Shown here: piece after piece, positions 10,923 to 22,168 of the stretch
Layout: the number at the start of each line of letters is the position of its first letter
Position numbering within the stretch: the stretch's first letter is position 1
Origin: Naegleria gruberi
Taxonomy: Eukaryota
Strand: one strand, 5' to 3'
NCBI GenBank assembly: GCA_000004985.1
Contig: GG738869.1
Length of the DNA: 64,000 nucleotides
Program-made: the position numbers and the translations under genes
The notes under the pieces: model-generated
Told to the model about the DNA's origin: nothing
Seen by the model: only the letters and a program-made list of their open reading frames with translations
The model's database searches: none

Positions 10923-12641
10923 ATGTCTTCAAGAGTTTGCACAGCTTTTGGTCGACTTATTTCCACGCCATCATCACCATCATCACTATCATCACGATCA
11001 TCAAGAAGGAAAATTAATTCATCCTTCTTCATGTTATTATTAAATTATTTCCTTCTCATAATTTCTCTCGTTTTCTTCATCACATCAACCTCCAATTTAA
11101 TACTTGCCAAATCATCATCATCAATAATTACATCATCATCATCGGTGCAATTTAGTAGTAGTAGAATTAAAAATCATGATGTGAAGGATCCACCAAATTT
11201 TAATATTTGTCAATCAGAGGTTTCGAATCAGGTCAAGGATATGCTTTCTAATTTTCCAGCAACTTTTGGTATTCAAGTAATGGTTAATCAAACCATTGAG
11301 TTGTTTTCTTATAATCCAGATCCATTTCTTCAACCTGCTTCTAATAACAAATTATTGACAACTATTGCTGCATTGAATCATTTGGGAAGTAAATTTCGTT
11401 TCTCCACTGATTTCTTCTATGATTATAAGAATAGAAGAGTTGTTGTGAGACCAAAGGGAGATCCAACATTAACATTTGAGCAATTGCAAAAATCATTAAT
11501 GAATGTTTTGGAAAAGGTCACTTCAATGAATCCTCATGAAATTGTTGTGGATGCTAGTTTTTTCAATCCAATTCCATTTACAAATGGTGGAGATGATGAG
11601 GAATTTCCAGATTCATGGGAATGGGGAAATTTACAATATTCATTTAGTTCAGTACCAAGTGCCTTATCTTTGGAACATAATACTTTAACATTTACTGTTA
11701 AAGGTGGAGAGGTTGCTGGTCAAGGATTGAGTATTGTTTTGGATGAACCATTTCAATCATTTGCAAAGGATTTCTTTGAATTTGATACTAGTTTGAGTAG
11801 AACTTTGGATTGTTCAAATGCTAATATTATCAGTAAGGAAAGTGTCACCTCTTATTATAAACCTTTAGATAATAAGATTATTGTTAGAGGTCAATTGTGT
11901 GCAAAGAAGGAATCCAAGCAAACATTGACTGTTTTGGATACTTATGGATTTTTCTTACAAGCAGTTTCAAGTGCTAGCGCCTCTTCAAATGGTCCAAAAT
12001 CTGTTAAAATTGATTATTTGAGTGAGGAGGAACGTTCCTCCATGTTTGAATTCAAAGAGGAATGCGTCTACTCTGATAATATTCTCACAGTTATGAATAC
12101 TACACTTCAAGAGAGTGATAACATGTATGCAGAATTATTCTTGAGACAATTGGGAACTTTCATTAAGGCAAATAGTAGTTTGGACGTTTTTCCATCCATC
12201 ACCACAAGAGGAATTCAAGTTGTTAAGGATATTTTGACAAGTCAATTCAACTTGTCACCATTCACATTCTTCCAAAATGATGGATCTGGACTTTCTCGTC
12301 ACAATCTCATTTCTCCTCGTTCTCTAGTCGATGCATTGAGTGCAATCTATTACAAGGGAGCAGGTGGAGTCAGTGGTGAAACATTTGTCTCCTTATTACC
12401 TCTCGGAGGAAGGAGTGGAACTCTCAGGAATAGATTTGTTGATTTCCCAGGTATTGTGAGTGCTAAAACTGGAAGCTTGGATGGAGTTAGTTCTTTGAGT
12501 GGATATATTAGAAATGCCAATTATAGAGATCCAATTGTTTTTTCAATTATTGTTAATCAGTGTCCACTCTCTGCCAAGGAAATGCATCAAATTATTGATT
12601 CCATTGTTACCTTGTTTGCATTCATGAATCCAAAATGCTAA
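10923..12641 (+). CDS. Bacterial-type D-Ala-D-Ala carboxypeptidase/endopeptidase (peptidase S13, PBP4/DacB family) with an N-terminal Ser-rich segment and a TM anchor
   Basis: The SxxK motif is PASNNKLLTTIAALNHLGSKFRFST. The SxN motif is DGSGLSRHNLISP. The KTG box is GTLRNRF...SAKTGSLDGVSSLSGY...IVFSIIVNQ. The first ATG is at 10923 and is followed by the TM segment FFMLLLNYFLLIISLVFFIT. Confidence 0.85.
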   Translation: MSSRVCTAFGRLISTPSSPSSLSSRSSRRKINSSFFMLLLNYFLLIISLVFFITSTSNLILAKSSSSIITSSSSVQFSSSRIKNHDVKDPPNFNICQSEVSNQVKDMLSNFPATFGIQVMVNQTIELFSYNPDPFLQPASNNKLLTTIAALNHLGSKFRFSTDFFYDYKNRRVVVRPKGDPTLTFEQLQKSLMNVLEKVTSMNPHEIVVDASFFNPIPFTNGGDDEEFPDSWEWGNLQYSFSSVPSALSLEHNTLTFTVKGGEVAGQGLSIVLDEPFQSFAKDFFEFDTSLSRTLDCSNANIISKESVTSYYKPLDNKIIVRGQLCAKKESKQTLTVLDTYGFFLQAVSSASASSNGPKSVKIDYLSEEERSSMFEFKEECVYSDNILTVMNTTLQESDNMYAELFLRQLGTFIKANSSLDVFPSITTRGIQVVKDILTSQFNLSPFTFFQNDGSGLSRHNLISPRSLVDALSAIYYKGAGGVSGETFVSLLPLGGRSGTLRNRFVDFPGIVSAKTGSLDGVSSLSGYIRNANYRDPIVFSIIVNQCPLSAKEMHQIIDSIVTLFAFMNPKC

Positions 12642-12881
12642 ATTATAAAATAAATTAATATGTAATCCAAATAATTCAAATCTCGTTTGATCTAAATATT
12701 AATAATCATCAATTTAACATTCGTCTAAATCTCAAGGGAGTTGATCACTTTTAGAATTGTAAATGTTGATAATGGCCTAACATGAAGTGAAACATCTGTA
12801 TCCTGAAAAGATGATATACTTTCCAATTCGGTTAATAAATTAATCATTTAATTAATTACATATTATTAAAAGTCCCTTAAC

Positions 12882-13823
12882 TTATTGGTCTTTCTTTGCT
12901 TGTTTCTTCTTTTCAGAATGTTCCTCAAAATGAATGCTTGTTCTAAATATTCTGTCCATCACACCATACCAAGTTCCGTAATTATCTTGATAGTGAGAAT
13001 GGTGATAGGCATGTTCATTAGTCAACCACTTGAAAGGATTCAATTTGAAATCGAAACCTGAATGCACATAAGATGTCTCCATCATCTTGAAAACAATCCA
13101 CAAACAATACCAAAACAAGTGTACTCTCAATAAGCTTGGTCCAGATAGAACAGGAATTACATTACCAAACAAGTATTCAACTGGATGAGCATACACACAT
13201 CCAACGCTGACTGTATATCTCAATTCATGATGAAGAGAGTGAACATGTTTGTAGAGGAATGGTACCTTGTGAAGAAGGTAATGAGAACCAAAGAATAAAA
13301 CTTCATCCATGGCCATGAAAATACTCCAATAAATAATAATCTTTGGAATCCAATACCATCCAAAATCTGCCATCAAGCTCTCATACGAACTTTCGTGGAT
13401 TGTGGCCATGACTGATGAATTGAGAATAGTCATTGGAAGTGACATGAAGAAATGAATTTTTGAACAGAATATTAAAATCTTCCAGTAGAATGTTGGATCA
13501 AGAGGAGAATGTGACGGATTGATCAGGAATTTATCCATCCAAGAAATGTATCTTTTCGATAAGGTACTGCAAGTGTTTTCTCTGACCTTTAAAAATTGGT
13601 ATGCAATGAATGGAGCATTAAAAATCCAATAAGTCAACCACTGTGCCAGAAATGGATACACACCATAAACGATCCAAGTTGGTTGGTCCTCTACTGCATG
13701 TTTCCAAAACCTCTCTGTGAAGGAAGTGCTACTGATGTTTGTATGGTCATACGAAGACGACATGACGAAGAAATAGAAAGTGGACGAATAGACGTGGTTT
13801 GTTTTTTTTCTGTTGTCTAACAT
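12882..13823 (-). CDS. Fatty-acid hydroxylase superfamily membrane enzyme (sterol desaturase / C4-methyl oxidase / sphingolipid hydroxylase-like)
   Basis: The histidine boxes are HKVPFLYKHVHSLHH and NEHAYHHSHYQDNYGTWYGVMDRIF. The protein has multiple hydrophobic helices. It is a single exon with an ATG start. Confidence 0.75.
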   Translation of the reverse strand: MLDNRKKTNHVYSSTFYFFVMSSSYDHTNISSTSFTERFWKHAVEDQPTWIVYGVYPFLAQWLTYWIFNAPFIAYQFLKVRENTCSTLSKRYISWMDKFLINPSHSPLDPTFYWKILIFCSKIHFFMSLPMTILNSSVMATIHESSYESLMADFGWYWIPKIIIYWSIFMAMDEVLFFGSHYLLHKVPFLYKHVHSLHHELRYTVSVGCVYAHPVEYLFGNVIPVLSGPSLLRVHLFWYCLWIVFKMMETSYVHSGFDFKLNPFKWLTNEHAYHHSHYQDNYGTWYGVMDRIFRTSIHFEEHSEKKKQAKKDQ

Positions 13824-14452
13824 TCTAATCTATTCTCTCATTTCAATTTGTTTCGGCAAATCATCCGATTATGAATTTCTTCACTCATTCAATAATAAAT
13901 GTTTACAATAAATAGAAGGAGAACACTACGCTAGCCAGCCTATTATTGTACTTTACCGACCGCCACAACAGAAGAGAGATGAAGATGTTGTGAGGTACCT
14001 TGACCGATGACTCTTGAAATCAACCTTTGATTCGTCATCATGTTATTTTAATGGAGGTAGATGTCGGATAGTTCTCCATAATATTATTGTTGTCAGTGCA
14101 CTAAAATCCGTATTCCTTTTTTATTATTTAAACTTTGATATTTAATAGATGAGACGGGACGTTGTTTAATTTTTCTTAAGGCAAGAAATATTTACAGTTT
14201 TTTTTAAACTGCCAGCATAACAATTTTGTGCGGTTTCTGAAGAAGTGAATATTATTACCAACATGATTTAATTATCAATAGGAATATAACAGACTTTCTG
14301 TTGATCAAATTATCAGCGAAGGTGGTCATTCGTGCATGTTCATTCTAAAAATCATAATTTTTCATCATTAGTATTCATCAAGTCTTGTAATCAAGCGACC
14401 AATATTATGTGTTGTACAGTGTATTCTTAATCTTGGAGAGTAATAACCTTCA

Positions 14453-14791
14453 TCAATAGTATTTCCTCTGCTGTTGCTGTTTTGTAGGCGAATATTCAAT
14501 CATGACTTTGCAAAGGTCTTGATACAGCATCGGAGTGAATGAAAAATGTTCAGGCTTCTTTTCAGTTTCTTTCTTTCTGATCAGCATTGTGTTCCTCCTC
14601 AATGCTAGCTTCTTCCTACAACAGTTGTTGGATCTAGAAATCAATTGACTACTAATCCTCGGAACCATTTCGTTATTTTTGTTTGCTCTTTCTCTTTGCT
14701 GATTGATTTTGATAATAATAGGCTCTTGAAAAGGTGCTGAAGAAATTTCCTGTAATTTAAGGATATTCTTCTTCGTTTCATTTACAATCAA
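14453..14791 (-). CDS. Hypothetical small basic protein (weak call)
   Basis: This is a 112-aa ORF, low-complexity and K/R-rich, with no recognisable domain. Confidence 0.2.
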   Translation of the reverse strand: MIVNETKKNILKLQEISSAPFQEPIIIKINQQRERANKNNEMVPRISSQLISRSNNCCRKKLALRRNTMLIRKKETEKKPEHFSFTPMLYQDLCKVMIEYSPTKQQQQRKYY

Positions 14792-14988
14792 TAATAATTA
14801 GTGAGGCAGCTGGAAAAATATGAATATCTTTCGAATCACAGGTTGAAATTATCAGAAACAATAGGATATTGTCTGATATAAAACAAAATCATCCATTCTT
14901 CTTCTGTTTACAAAAGTGTAATTTTTCCAAAACAATTAATCCAAAATATTTTCCAAAATCCATTTACATATATTTACATATTAACTCT

Positions 14989-15357
14989 TTAATTATTATT
15001 ATTATTATATTTTTCCAATCTTTTTAATAATTCGGGAATTGCTTCCTGTTGCCAAAATTCATATGAAATAAATCCACCCGACATTCCACCTCTTGGAATA
15101 TCCTTTACCAATAAATTATCATTCGATTTGAGAATATCTTTTCCATCACATCTTTCCATTGAAATTTTAGAAACTTGTTCAAGAAATTGTTCCGAATTGA
15201 GTGGTTGTTTAATGTGAGAAAAGTGCTCTTGCAGAATTTCCCAGAAATAGGGATCTCCTCTTAGACCCCAATTATAACCAACATGAGAATCGAATAAATT
15301 GGCCATTGTTTGTGGTGTTGATGAAGAGGATGTTCCCGATGAATTATTGTTGCCCAT
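14989..15357 (-). CDS. Small protein with an N-myristoylation-type N-terminus (MGNNNSSG)
   Basis: This ATG-initiated 122-aa ORF has an MGxxxS motif and a poly-N C-terminus. Function is unknown. Confidence 0.4.
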   Translation of the reverse strand: MGNNNSSGTSSSSTPQTMANLFDSHVGYNWGLRGDPYFWEILQEHFSHIKQPLNSEQFLEQVSKISMERCDGKDILKSNDNLLVKDIPRGGMSGGFISYEFWQQEAIPELLKRLEKYNNNNN

Positions 15358-15685
15358 TTTTTTTTGTAAACTATTAGTAATTTAATAATTAGATTTCGCG
15401 CTCTTTTTTTTCGTTTTATTTAAAAATTAATAAAAAAAAATAAGAGAATACGAAATGAGTCACGATCTTCGTTATGATATGCATTATATGCAGGTAGGTA
15501 AAACATGATGTTAAATTTTGATGATTTTATACAATTGTTGTTGATTTTGATTCCGAATAATAAAAAAGCACAAAACAGGATGTGTAAGTTTTAGTTAGAA
15601 ATTTATTAAATCAAGAATTATTGTGGATAATGTTGTAATTATCATCATAAATTAGGGAGAATTGGATGAATATCAATACTTTACC

Positions 15686-17185
15686 ATGATGGGAGTTGAT
15701 CCATCAATGATTCCGAGAACTCCAAAGAAAAAGAAGTTGGAATTGGATGCAAGAACTTGTTTGTTCTGTGCTTTGGAATCGGATGATATTCAAGTTTGCA
15801 AGGAATTCTTCCTCAATTATCATAAACACATTGGAAATGAAGATGTTATTCTCACTCCAATTTCATCATTGACTGAAATGATGTCTTCAATTGATGATTT
15901 GCAAAAGTTTGTGGATTTGGAATGCATTAACATGTTGTTAATGTTTTTGAAGAGTCCTGTGCGATACATTCCATTCTACACTAGTAGAATGATAGATTTA
16001 TTGACTAGGGATAGATGTGGATTAATCTTAATGAAACTGAAGGAAACTGAGGAAGAACAACAAAAGATTGGTTCTGAAAATCTTGTCAGTGTAAAAATGT
16101 TAATTGAAAACCTTACACAACTCATTCATGAAATGACTTGTGTTGAAAAGAGGGAGGCTCTCTTGTCAATTTCCAATATTTGTAAATTTATTGTTCAGGA
16201 GGACACATTGGATGAAGATTTGTATGTGGAAAATGTTTATCAAGTGGCTCAACGTGCTAAAAACTTGCTGTTGGAGGCCAAATTCTTCAAGTCACTGGTT
16301 CATTGCTTGAAAGTTCTAAACATTTCTCAATTGAAGGGAGAGGCCAATATTGCTGAACCAGCCCTTAAAAAAGTTCCAAAAACCTTGTATGCCAAATATA
16401 ATGACGATTGTCTAGATCCTCTCAAATTTGGCAGAGGTGTTCATCAAGAGAAGGTTCTTTCCAGAGGAGCCTACAATGTATTCGGAGATGAAACCTATTT
16501 GAGATATGCCATGACTGACTTCCAAAGAAGTTTAGCCAAGGCAATTTACAGATTTTCTCTGGTCAAATTTGATAAGGAAAAGGCAGTCAATGCGTTCAAA
16601 CCTTTCGTGAAGGACTTTGTGGAATATTTAACAAAATTATTAACACAAACTAAGGACTATCCAACAATGTGTTATCTTATGGGAGCTTTGGAATCATTCA
16701 ATGAGAAGGGATATCTTCAAAGTGGACCAGTTGATGATATCAAGAACAGTTTGCCATACCTTCTCTTTGAAAATCTCAAGAAACAATCAACAAATATTTT
16801 AAATGTTGAAGCCATGAAAAAGATGGACACAACCTATGGCTGGGCCTACTCCTATCCAATGTTACCAGAGAGGGGTTGGAATCCAAACTCATTGTGGATA
16901 AAGGAAAAGGGCACTCTCGAAAAGGAATATCATGAAACTCATCTGAGATTGGAAACTGTATCCACTGCTGTGAGAGCCATGCTTTTGAAATCAGGCATCT
17001 CTGAGGAGAGCTTGAATGAATTGGAAAAATCAGCTCAATCACAATCAACACAAACAATTTGTGCTGTCTGTAAGAAGGCAGCCTCCAAGAAATGTGCCAA
17101 CTGTAAAGCTGTCTATTATTGTTCTGCAGATTGTCAAAAGAAACATTGGAGTGTACATAAGAAGCTCTGTAAGCCAACCAAATAA
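15686..17185 (+). CDS. MYND zinc-finger protein
   Basis: The C-terminus CAVCKKAASKKCANCKAVYYCSADCQKKHWSVHKKLCK has MYND-type Cys/His spacing. The listed start is a TTG, and the first ATG is at 15686. Confidence 0.65.
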   Translation: MMGVDPSMIPRTPKKKKLELDARTCLFCALESDDIQVCKEFFLNYHKHIGNEDVILTPISSLTEMMSSIDDLQKFVDLECINMLLMFLKSPVRYIPFYTSRMIDLLTRDRCGLILMKLKETEEEQQKIGSENLVSVKMLIENLTQLIHEMTCVEKREALLSISNICKFIVQEDTLDEDLYVENVYQVAQRAKNLLLEAKFFKSLVHCLKVLNISQLKGEANIAEPALKKVPKTLYAKYNDDCLDPLKFGRGVHQEKVLSRGAYNVFGDETYLRYAMTDFQRSLAKAIYRFSLVKFDKEKAVNAFKPFVKDFVEYLTKLLTQTKDYPTMCYLMGALESFNEKGYLQSGPVDDIKNSLPYLLFENLKKQSTNILNVEAMKKMDTTYGWAYSYPMLPERGWNPNSLWIKEKGTLEKEYHETHLRLETVSTAVRAMLLKSGISEESLNELEKSAQSQSTQTICAVCKKAASKKCANCKAVYYCSADCQKKHWSVHKKLCKPTK

Positions 17186-17267
17186 AAGATTGAAAGATGA
17201 AAAACAATAGAATACATTTGTACAATTTACATTTAAAACACTCGCTTTACTAATCCACAAAAATAAA

Positions 17268-17780
17268 CTAATTCAATAATTCTTGAATTGAAATTGAAGT
17301 TCTGATAATCTTCCTTTGAAGTGATGAAGTTTCAGCTCTTTGAGGATGGTGAGTTTTCGTCTTGCTTGTCTTTTCAATTTTAGGAATTGTTGGAATGAGA
17401 GGCATTGAAATATCTTTCTGTTTTGCGTGCATTGTGTAATTGAATGGAAAATTCAGTGAGATTGGTCGTTCTATATCTTTACCTCTATTTACATTAGAAA
17501 CTTGTTCATTTTGTGGAATTCTATTCGAAAGATTACAGTCACCACCAGAATAAGGAGCATTCACCATTTGACTCATTGCACCTTTCGAATTACTTGTCAG
17601 TGGTGATCCTTGACCATTCGATGAAGGCACCTGCTGAATCAATTTATCTGTCGATACAACTCTCATCTCACCTCTCTTTGGTACTCTTGTCTTTCTTCCT
17701 CTCTTACTCGGCAAGTGTTCCTCCTTAATGGCCGACTTGTTTGGTTGATAAAACTCAACAATGCTAAACTTATGAATCAT
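17268..17780 (-). CDS. Hypothetical basic (AT-hook-like KRGRKTRVPKRG) protein
   Basis: This is an ATG-initiated 170-aa ORF lying convergent with the MYND gene. Confidence 0.35.
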   Translation of the reverse strand: MIHKFSIVEFYQPNKSAIKEEHLPSKRGRKTRVPKRGEMRVVSTDKLIQQVPSSNGQGSPLTSNSKGAMSQMVNAPYSGGDCNLSNRIPQNEQVSNVNRGKDIERPISLNFPFNYTMHAKQKDISMPLIPTIPKIEKTSKTKTHHPQRAETSSLQRKIIRTSISIQELLN

Positions 17781-18545
17781 TTTCCAAGTGTGTGCACAAA
17801 AAATCTCAAACTCTCTAGCAAACCGCTTTTCGTGTTGTTTGTTTTTTTAAGTGTTTCGAGCTGTATGTTGAGGTTTTCGCGCTCAAATGGAAAGAAATAC
17901 AACCATTCATGACTCAATAAGGACAAATTGACAATTATTTACACCATTTATGGAAAATTCGAATAGTGATCTCGAGTATGAAATTGTAAAGTGATGGCTC
18001 ATGAAATGTTCAAAATAGGTACTTTAGGGCTGATTAGTATTAAATTTACAATGTCTGAAATGAAAATATACAAAATTGGACAATTGAATGACTGGAAATG
18101 ATAACAATGTCTCTCGCATCTATTGTAGTTTCATCTGTTAATCGAATCGAATAATTTAGGATGGAAACAATTATTCCTTTTGTGGATATTATAATATTTT
18201 TGGTAGTGTCGATTGATTTTATTGAAAATATATTGCATTAGTAATTATTAATTTGGATTAGTACGGAAATAAAGGGTTTTTTGAATTTCCAATCAAATAA
18301 AAGTGAACTATCCATTAAACTATATTAGGCCAATCATGCGATGAAATTCATATATTCCAAACAGTAACCTTTACAATATTAAATTCATGATCGAGAGCAT
18401 TTTATCTTGCACAAATATTTGTGTGAAAACAAAAGTATTTTATTAAAATAAAAAGAAATTGATTATTAAATAAATTGATAATCAAAAAAAATGTCAATTA
18501 TTTACCAAGATGCCATTACCATCATTATTCCCTTCCTAGAAATTA

Positions 18546-19583
18546 ATGAATGCATCATTTTCAAGAGTAAACAAAACTTGGCTCCGAGCCATTCAAAGTC
18601 TCCAAAATTATTGGAAAGATTTATGCCATAATTTGTTAAAATTCGATCCGCGATGGCTTAAATCAACTGTTCATAATGATGATAACAAATCCAATGTTTG
18701 TTGGTTGCAAGTTTTTTCCTTCTTAATTTCTCAAATTCCAAAGAAAATTTGCTATGGAACGAGAGATAAGAGTAATCAACAAATGGAAGAATTGAAAGTT
18801 GAAAAATTGGATGCTTCTTGTTATGGAAATATTGATTTGTTGGTAAGATGGGAATCACCTTTTGATGATTCAAGATTTGTAGAGTATCCAGATGTCGTTG
18901 ATTTTGATTTGCAGGAATCAGTTTCGTTTTACAAGTTTGGATTTGATTTGAGAAGAGAAATTATTGATAGGTATAAAATGGAAGAATCTCTTATTCAAAT
19001 CAAATTACAGAAATTGTTCGCATGTTGTTTGATGTATGAATTTTTATCAATTGGAAACTATGTCCCTAACTTGTTTCAGGACAAGATTCGAATAATTCCG
19101 TCTATACAAATTGCTCTTATCAGAAATAAGTCATTCACATGTCCATTTCCATACCTAATTCTTGGATTATTGAACGATGGAATCAGAGATTATTCCCTCT
19201 CTCAAGAATTAACCAAGCATGTTGTTAATTCAATTGAAAATGAGGAATTATTCGGAAGTTTCTTAGATAATACGTCTGGAGAAAAGATTAAGGAAGCAAT
19301 TAATTGTGGAGAAAGAGCAGTTCAGTTTGAAATAACTCCAAATACGCTTAATCCTATTGACTATTGGTTATCATTGAAAACATTCGATGAAATGGTTTCA
19401 AATGTAGAGTGGAATGATAACTTTGAAATGAATTGTGGTATTGCAGGAGATGGAGAAATATTCGCATTATATTACAATGCAGGAGGTGGAATTACGGATA
19501 GTACTACAATTAATGTGAGCATTGATGGGAATGATGGATCATTGGTGAAAGTTGTCAGAAATGAAGCAAGAAAATATTGGTGA
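18546..19583 (+). CDS. Hypothetical protein
   Basis: This is a 345-aa ATG ORF with coding-like composition and no recognised domain. Confidence 0.45.
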   Translation: MNASFSRVNKTWLRAIQSLQNYWKDLCHNLLKFDPRWLKSTVHNDDNKSNVCWLQVFSFLISQIPKKICYGTRDKSNQQMEELKVEKLDASCYGNIDLLVRWESPFDDSRFVEYPDVVDFDLQESVSFYKFGFDLRREIIDRYKMEESLIQIKLQKLFACCLMYEFLSIGNYVPNLFQDKIRIIPSIQIALIRNKSFTCPFPYLILGLLNDGIRDYSLSQELTKHVVNSIENEELFGSFLDNTSGEKIKEAINCGERAVQFEITPNTLNPIDYWLSLKTFDEMVSNVEWNDNFEMNCGIAGDGEIFALYYNAGGGITDSTTINVSIDGNDGSLVKVVRNEARKYW

Positions 19584-19600
19584 AATTGGCAATCAAATAT

Positions 19601-20425
19601 TCACCAATCTATGGTTGGAATAAAGTTATCGATCTTATCATAATATACTTTAGCTTCTTCCTCTGAAACATCTCTCATAAATCTGGATGGTTTGGAGATT
19701 GATTTCATGGCTGCTTTGAGTCTCGTTTGTGGATGCAGCAGCACCATAAAATCTTCCAGTATCTGAAACTCTGTATCATTAATTTTAATGGAATCTCCCA
19801 AATATCCTTTCAGATATTTCATAACTTCAACCTTTTGAATTCCAAACTCAATTTTCAAAATGGACAAATTTAAAAACCAAATAACACAGGTTTTAAAATT
19901 GAAATTCGTTCCATCAAATAATAATGGCACTCCATCATCTCTGAAAAGAATCATTTCTTTCGAGGAACTTTGCAAATTAAGGACCAGATCACTCCTCAAT
20001 AAATTCGTCAATTTCAATTTGGAGAGCAAGTCTTTCAGTAAATTTAACTGTCTCTCATTCAACACATTAAATAACAATTCGAGAGGATTATTCTTCATCT
20101 TGATTTTATGCATTCCAATAGCTTTCAATATTCTAAAGTGAAAATCATTAACATTTGTGCCATCTAGAGTCAAATCAAATGGTTTACCCAATTCTTGATA
20201 GACACTTTTCATCACTTTCTCTCCATCATTATCAATATTCGAAACATGTTCATCCACTGCAACAACAATCGAATTAAAATACAACACGGAAAATGATTTA
20301 CTCTCAATAAGATTTTTCCATAGTGTGGTAACATATCTTCCCTTGATGAATACAAATTGCGGAGGAAGGAAGAGAAGAATTTCACGAATGAGAGGTTCGT
20401 GATGAAACCATTGATTTTGAGACAT
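19601..20425 (-). CDS. Hypothetical protein with an F-box-like N-terminus
   Basis: HEPLIREILLFLPPQFVF resembles an F-box core. This is a 274-aa ATG ORF. Confidence 0.4.
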   Translation of the reverse strand: MSQNQWFHHEPLIREILLFLPPQFVFIKGRYVTTLWKNLIESKSFSVLYFNSIVVAVDEHVSNIDNDGEKVMKSVYQELGKPFDLTLDGTNVNDFHFRILKAIGMHKIKMKNNPLELLFNVLNERQLNLLKDLLSKLKLTNLLRSDLVLNLQSSSKEMILFRDDGVPLLFDGTNFNFKTCVIWFLNLSILKIEFGIQKVEVMKYLKGYLGDSIKINDTEFQILEDFMVLLHPQTRLKAAMKSISKPSRFMRDVSEEEAKVYYDKIDNFIPTIDW

Positions 20426-20602
20426 TTTTTTGGGAAAATTATTAGAAAATTATTTGGAAACTTTTGGAGATGGGTAATTATGTCAAATTGGCATTAAACT
20501 CCTTTCGCCTTATAATATTATGTGTGTTTAATAATATTTAATTTGATTTAAAAATATTTAAAAAAAAATAAGCAAACTTTGATTTCAAATTGTGTACACA
20601 AA

Positions 20603-21757
20603 ATGTTCCACCATTCGGATGCAATGATTGATGGTGAGGATGTTAATATAACTCCTATTGAGAAGGTATTATTTTCTTGTCATGGCGAATTTATGAAAAC
20701 TTCTTCCTCTGCAAGGCAATTGGATTCTTCATCATCAAATATAAATAATTTTCTAATTTATTATGAAATGGATTTAAATAATATTAAACAAAAATTGGAA
20801 GGAAGCGAATGTGATGAATTTAAAGTGGAAAAATTGCTTTTTAATTTGACAAATCGAGTGAGGATGATGGTGAAGGATTGGGACAAGCCTTCGGAACATT
20901 ACAGAGTACCTTTTTATCATTATATTGTTGGGAATCCATATCAGTTGCCTAATTTAATGTTTTTTAGAAAGTTGGTGATGGAATCGAATGAGTTTATTGA
21001 GGATTTAATTCTGGAGAATCTGTCATTGTCAGTTTTTAGGCAAATGTTTGAAGTTGCTTGTAAATTTACCAAGGAATATTACAATTTTACGAGTAGGAAG
21101 AGTTTTACCTTGTTTATGAGTCCTACTCCAATTGTAAATTTTATTAGAAATTTGTTGAAATCATTTGGATATGATTCAATATTGAATGGTTATTGTAAAG
21201 CTGGAAATTCAAGTCAATTACTCGCTTTGAAATGTGAAAGTGTAAATTTATGTGGAATAATCTCAAATGATCTATCAGAACAAACTGAAGAAGAGTGGAA
21301 GAATTGCATTCTTATTCCACAAATAATGCAGAGAAGAAACAAGCATGGTCACTTTGAAGATTCACTTTCGTTTATCATTCATGGACAATCAATTTCATTC
21401 TTCTTTACCAATTATTCACTCTCGAGTTCTATTTATCATTTCAGGACAAATTTCATCAAGACAATGAACATGAACAATTTGGATGATATAATTGATCTAA
21501 TTGGTTTATTATGGTCCTATCTGATGACTGTTCTGATGCGAAAGAAGGTTCCAATTCTATTGGGATGTGATGTAAATACATTACTCCCACTTCGATACAC
21601 TATTCTACTCTATCACATGGACAGTAAACTAAAAAAGAAGGAAGAAGAAGAGCCATCCATACTCAATAGGAATGATCAAAGAATTAAAAAGAAATCCCAG
21701 AAATCTGACATTGCAGACAAGGTCAGGAAGAGTTTAAAAAAGGCAAATATGTTCTAG
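20603..21757 (+). CDS. Hypothetical protein
   Basis: The long ORF has a TTG-listed start, and the first ATG is at 20603. No domain is recognised. Confidence 0.4.
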   Translation: MFHHSDAMIDGEDVNITPIEKVLFSCHGEFMKTSSSARQLDSSSSNINNFLIYYEMDLNNIKQKLEGSECDEFKVEKLLFNLTNRVRMMVKDWDKPSEHYRVPFYHYIVGNPYQLPNLMFFRKLVMESNEFIEDLILENLSLSVFRQMFEVACKFTKEYYNFTSRKSFTLFMSPTPIVNFIRNLLKSFGYDSILNGYCKAGNSSQLLALKCESVNLCGIISNDLSEQTEEEWKNCILIPQIMQRRNKHGHFEDSLSFIIHGQSISFFFTNYSLSSSIYHFRTNFIKTMNMNNLDDIIDLIGLLWSYLMTVLMRKKVPILLGCDVNTLLPLRYTILLYHMDSKLKKKEEEEPSILNRNDQRIKKKSQKSDIADKVRKSLKKANMF

Positions 21758-21769
21758 TAGAATACACCA

Positions 21770-22168
21770 TCAAGAGTTGGGATTTATCTTGGAGTTTGCC
21801 AATTGACTAACCATCGATTGGAATAATACATGTTCAGGTAAACTCTGAAAATCTGTAAATCTAGAAATCAACATTCCAAACAAGACATTCACTTGGTCTG
21901 AAGAAGTTGCACAAAACTCATTCCAATCATTCAACAGACGTTTTTCAGCTTCAGGAGAAAGAACATGTGCTTCACTAATCTTTCGCTTTTTGTTATCTTG
22001 ATAACTAGTAGTAGTAATTGTATCGTTATCATTATTGACATACTCTCGTTTTCCTACCGAATTAATTCTGTCATCATCATAACAATCTAACGAAGAAGAA
22101 GAACACATATCAGTGCGCTGCATAATATTTTCTTCAGAGAATTGTTGTTGGTTTGGTTGTTGAATCAT
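21770..22168 (-). CDS. Hypothetical protein
   Basis: This is a 132-aa ATG ORF. Confidence 0.3.
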   Translation of the reverse strand: MIQQPNQQQFSEENIMQRTDMCSSSSLDCYDDDRINSVGKREYVNNDNDTITTTSYQDNKKRKISEAHVLSPEAEKRLLNDWNEFCATSSDQVNVLFGMLISRFTDFQSLPEHVLFQSMVSQLANSKINPNS

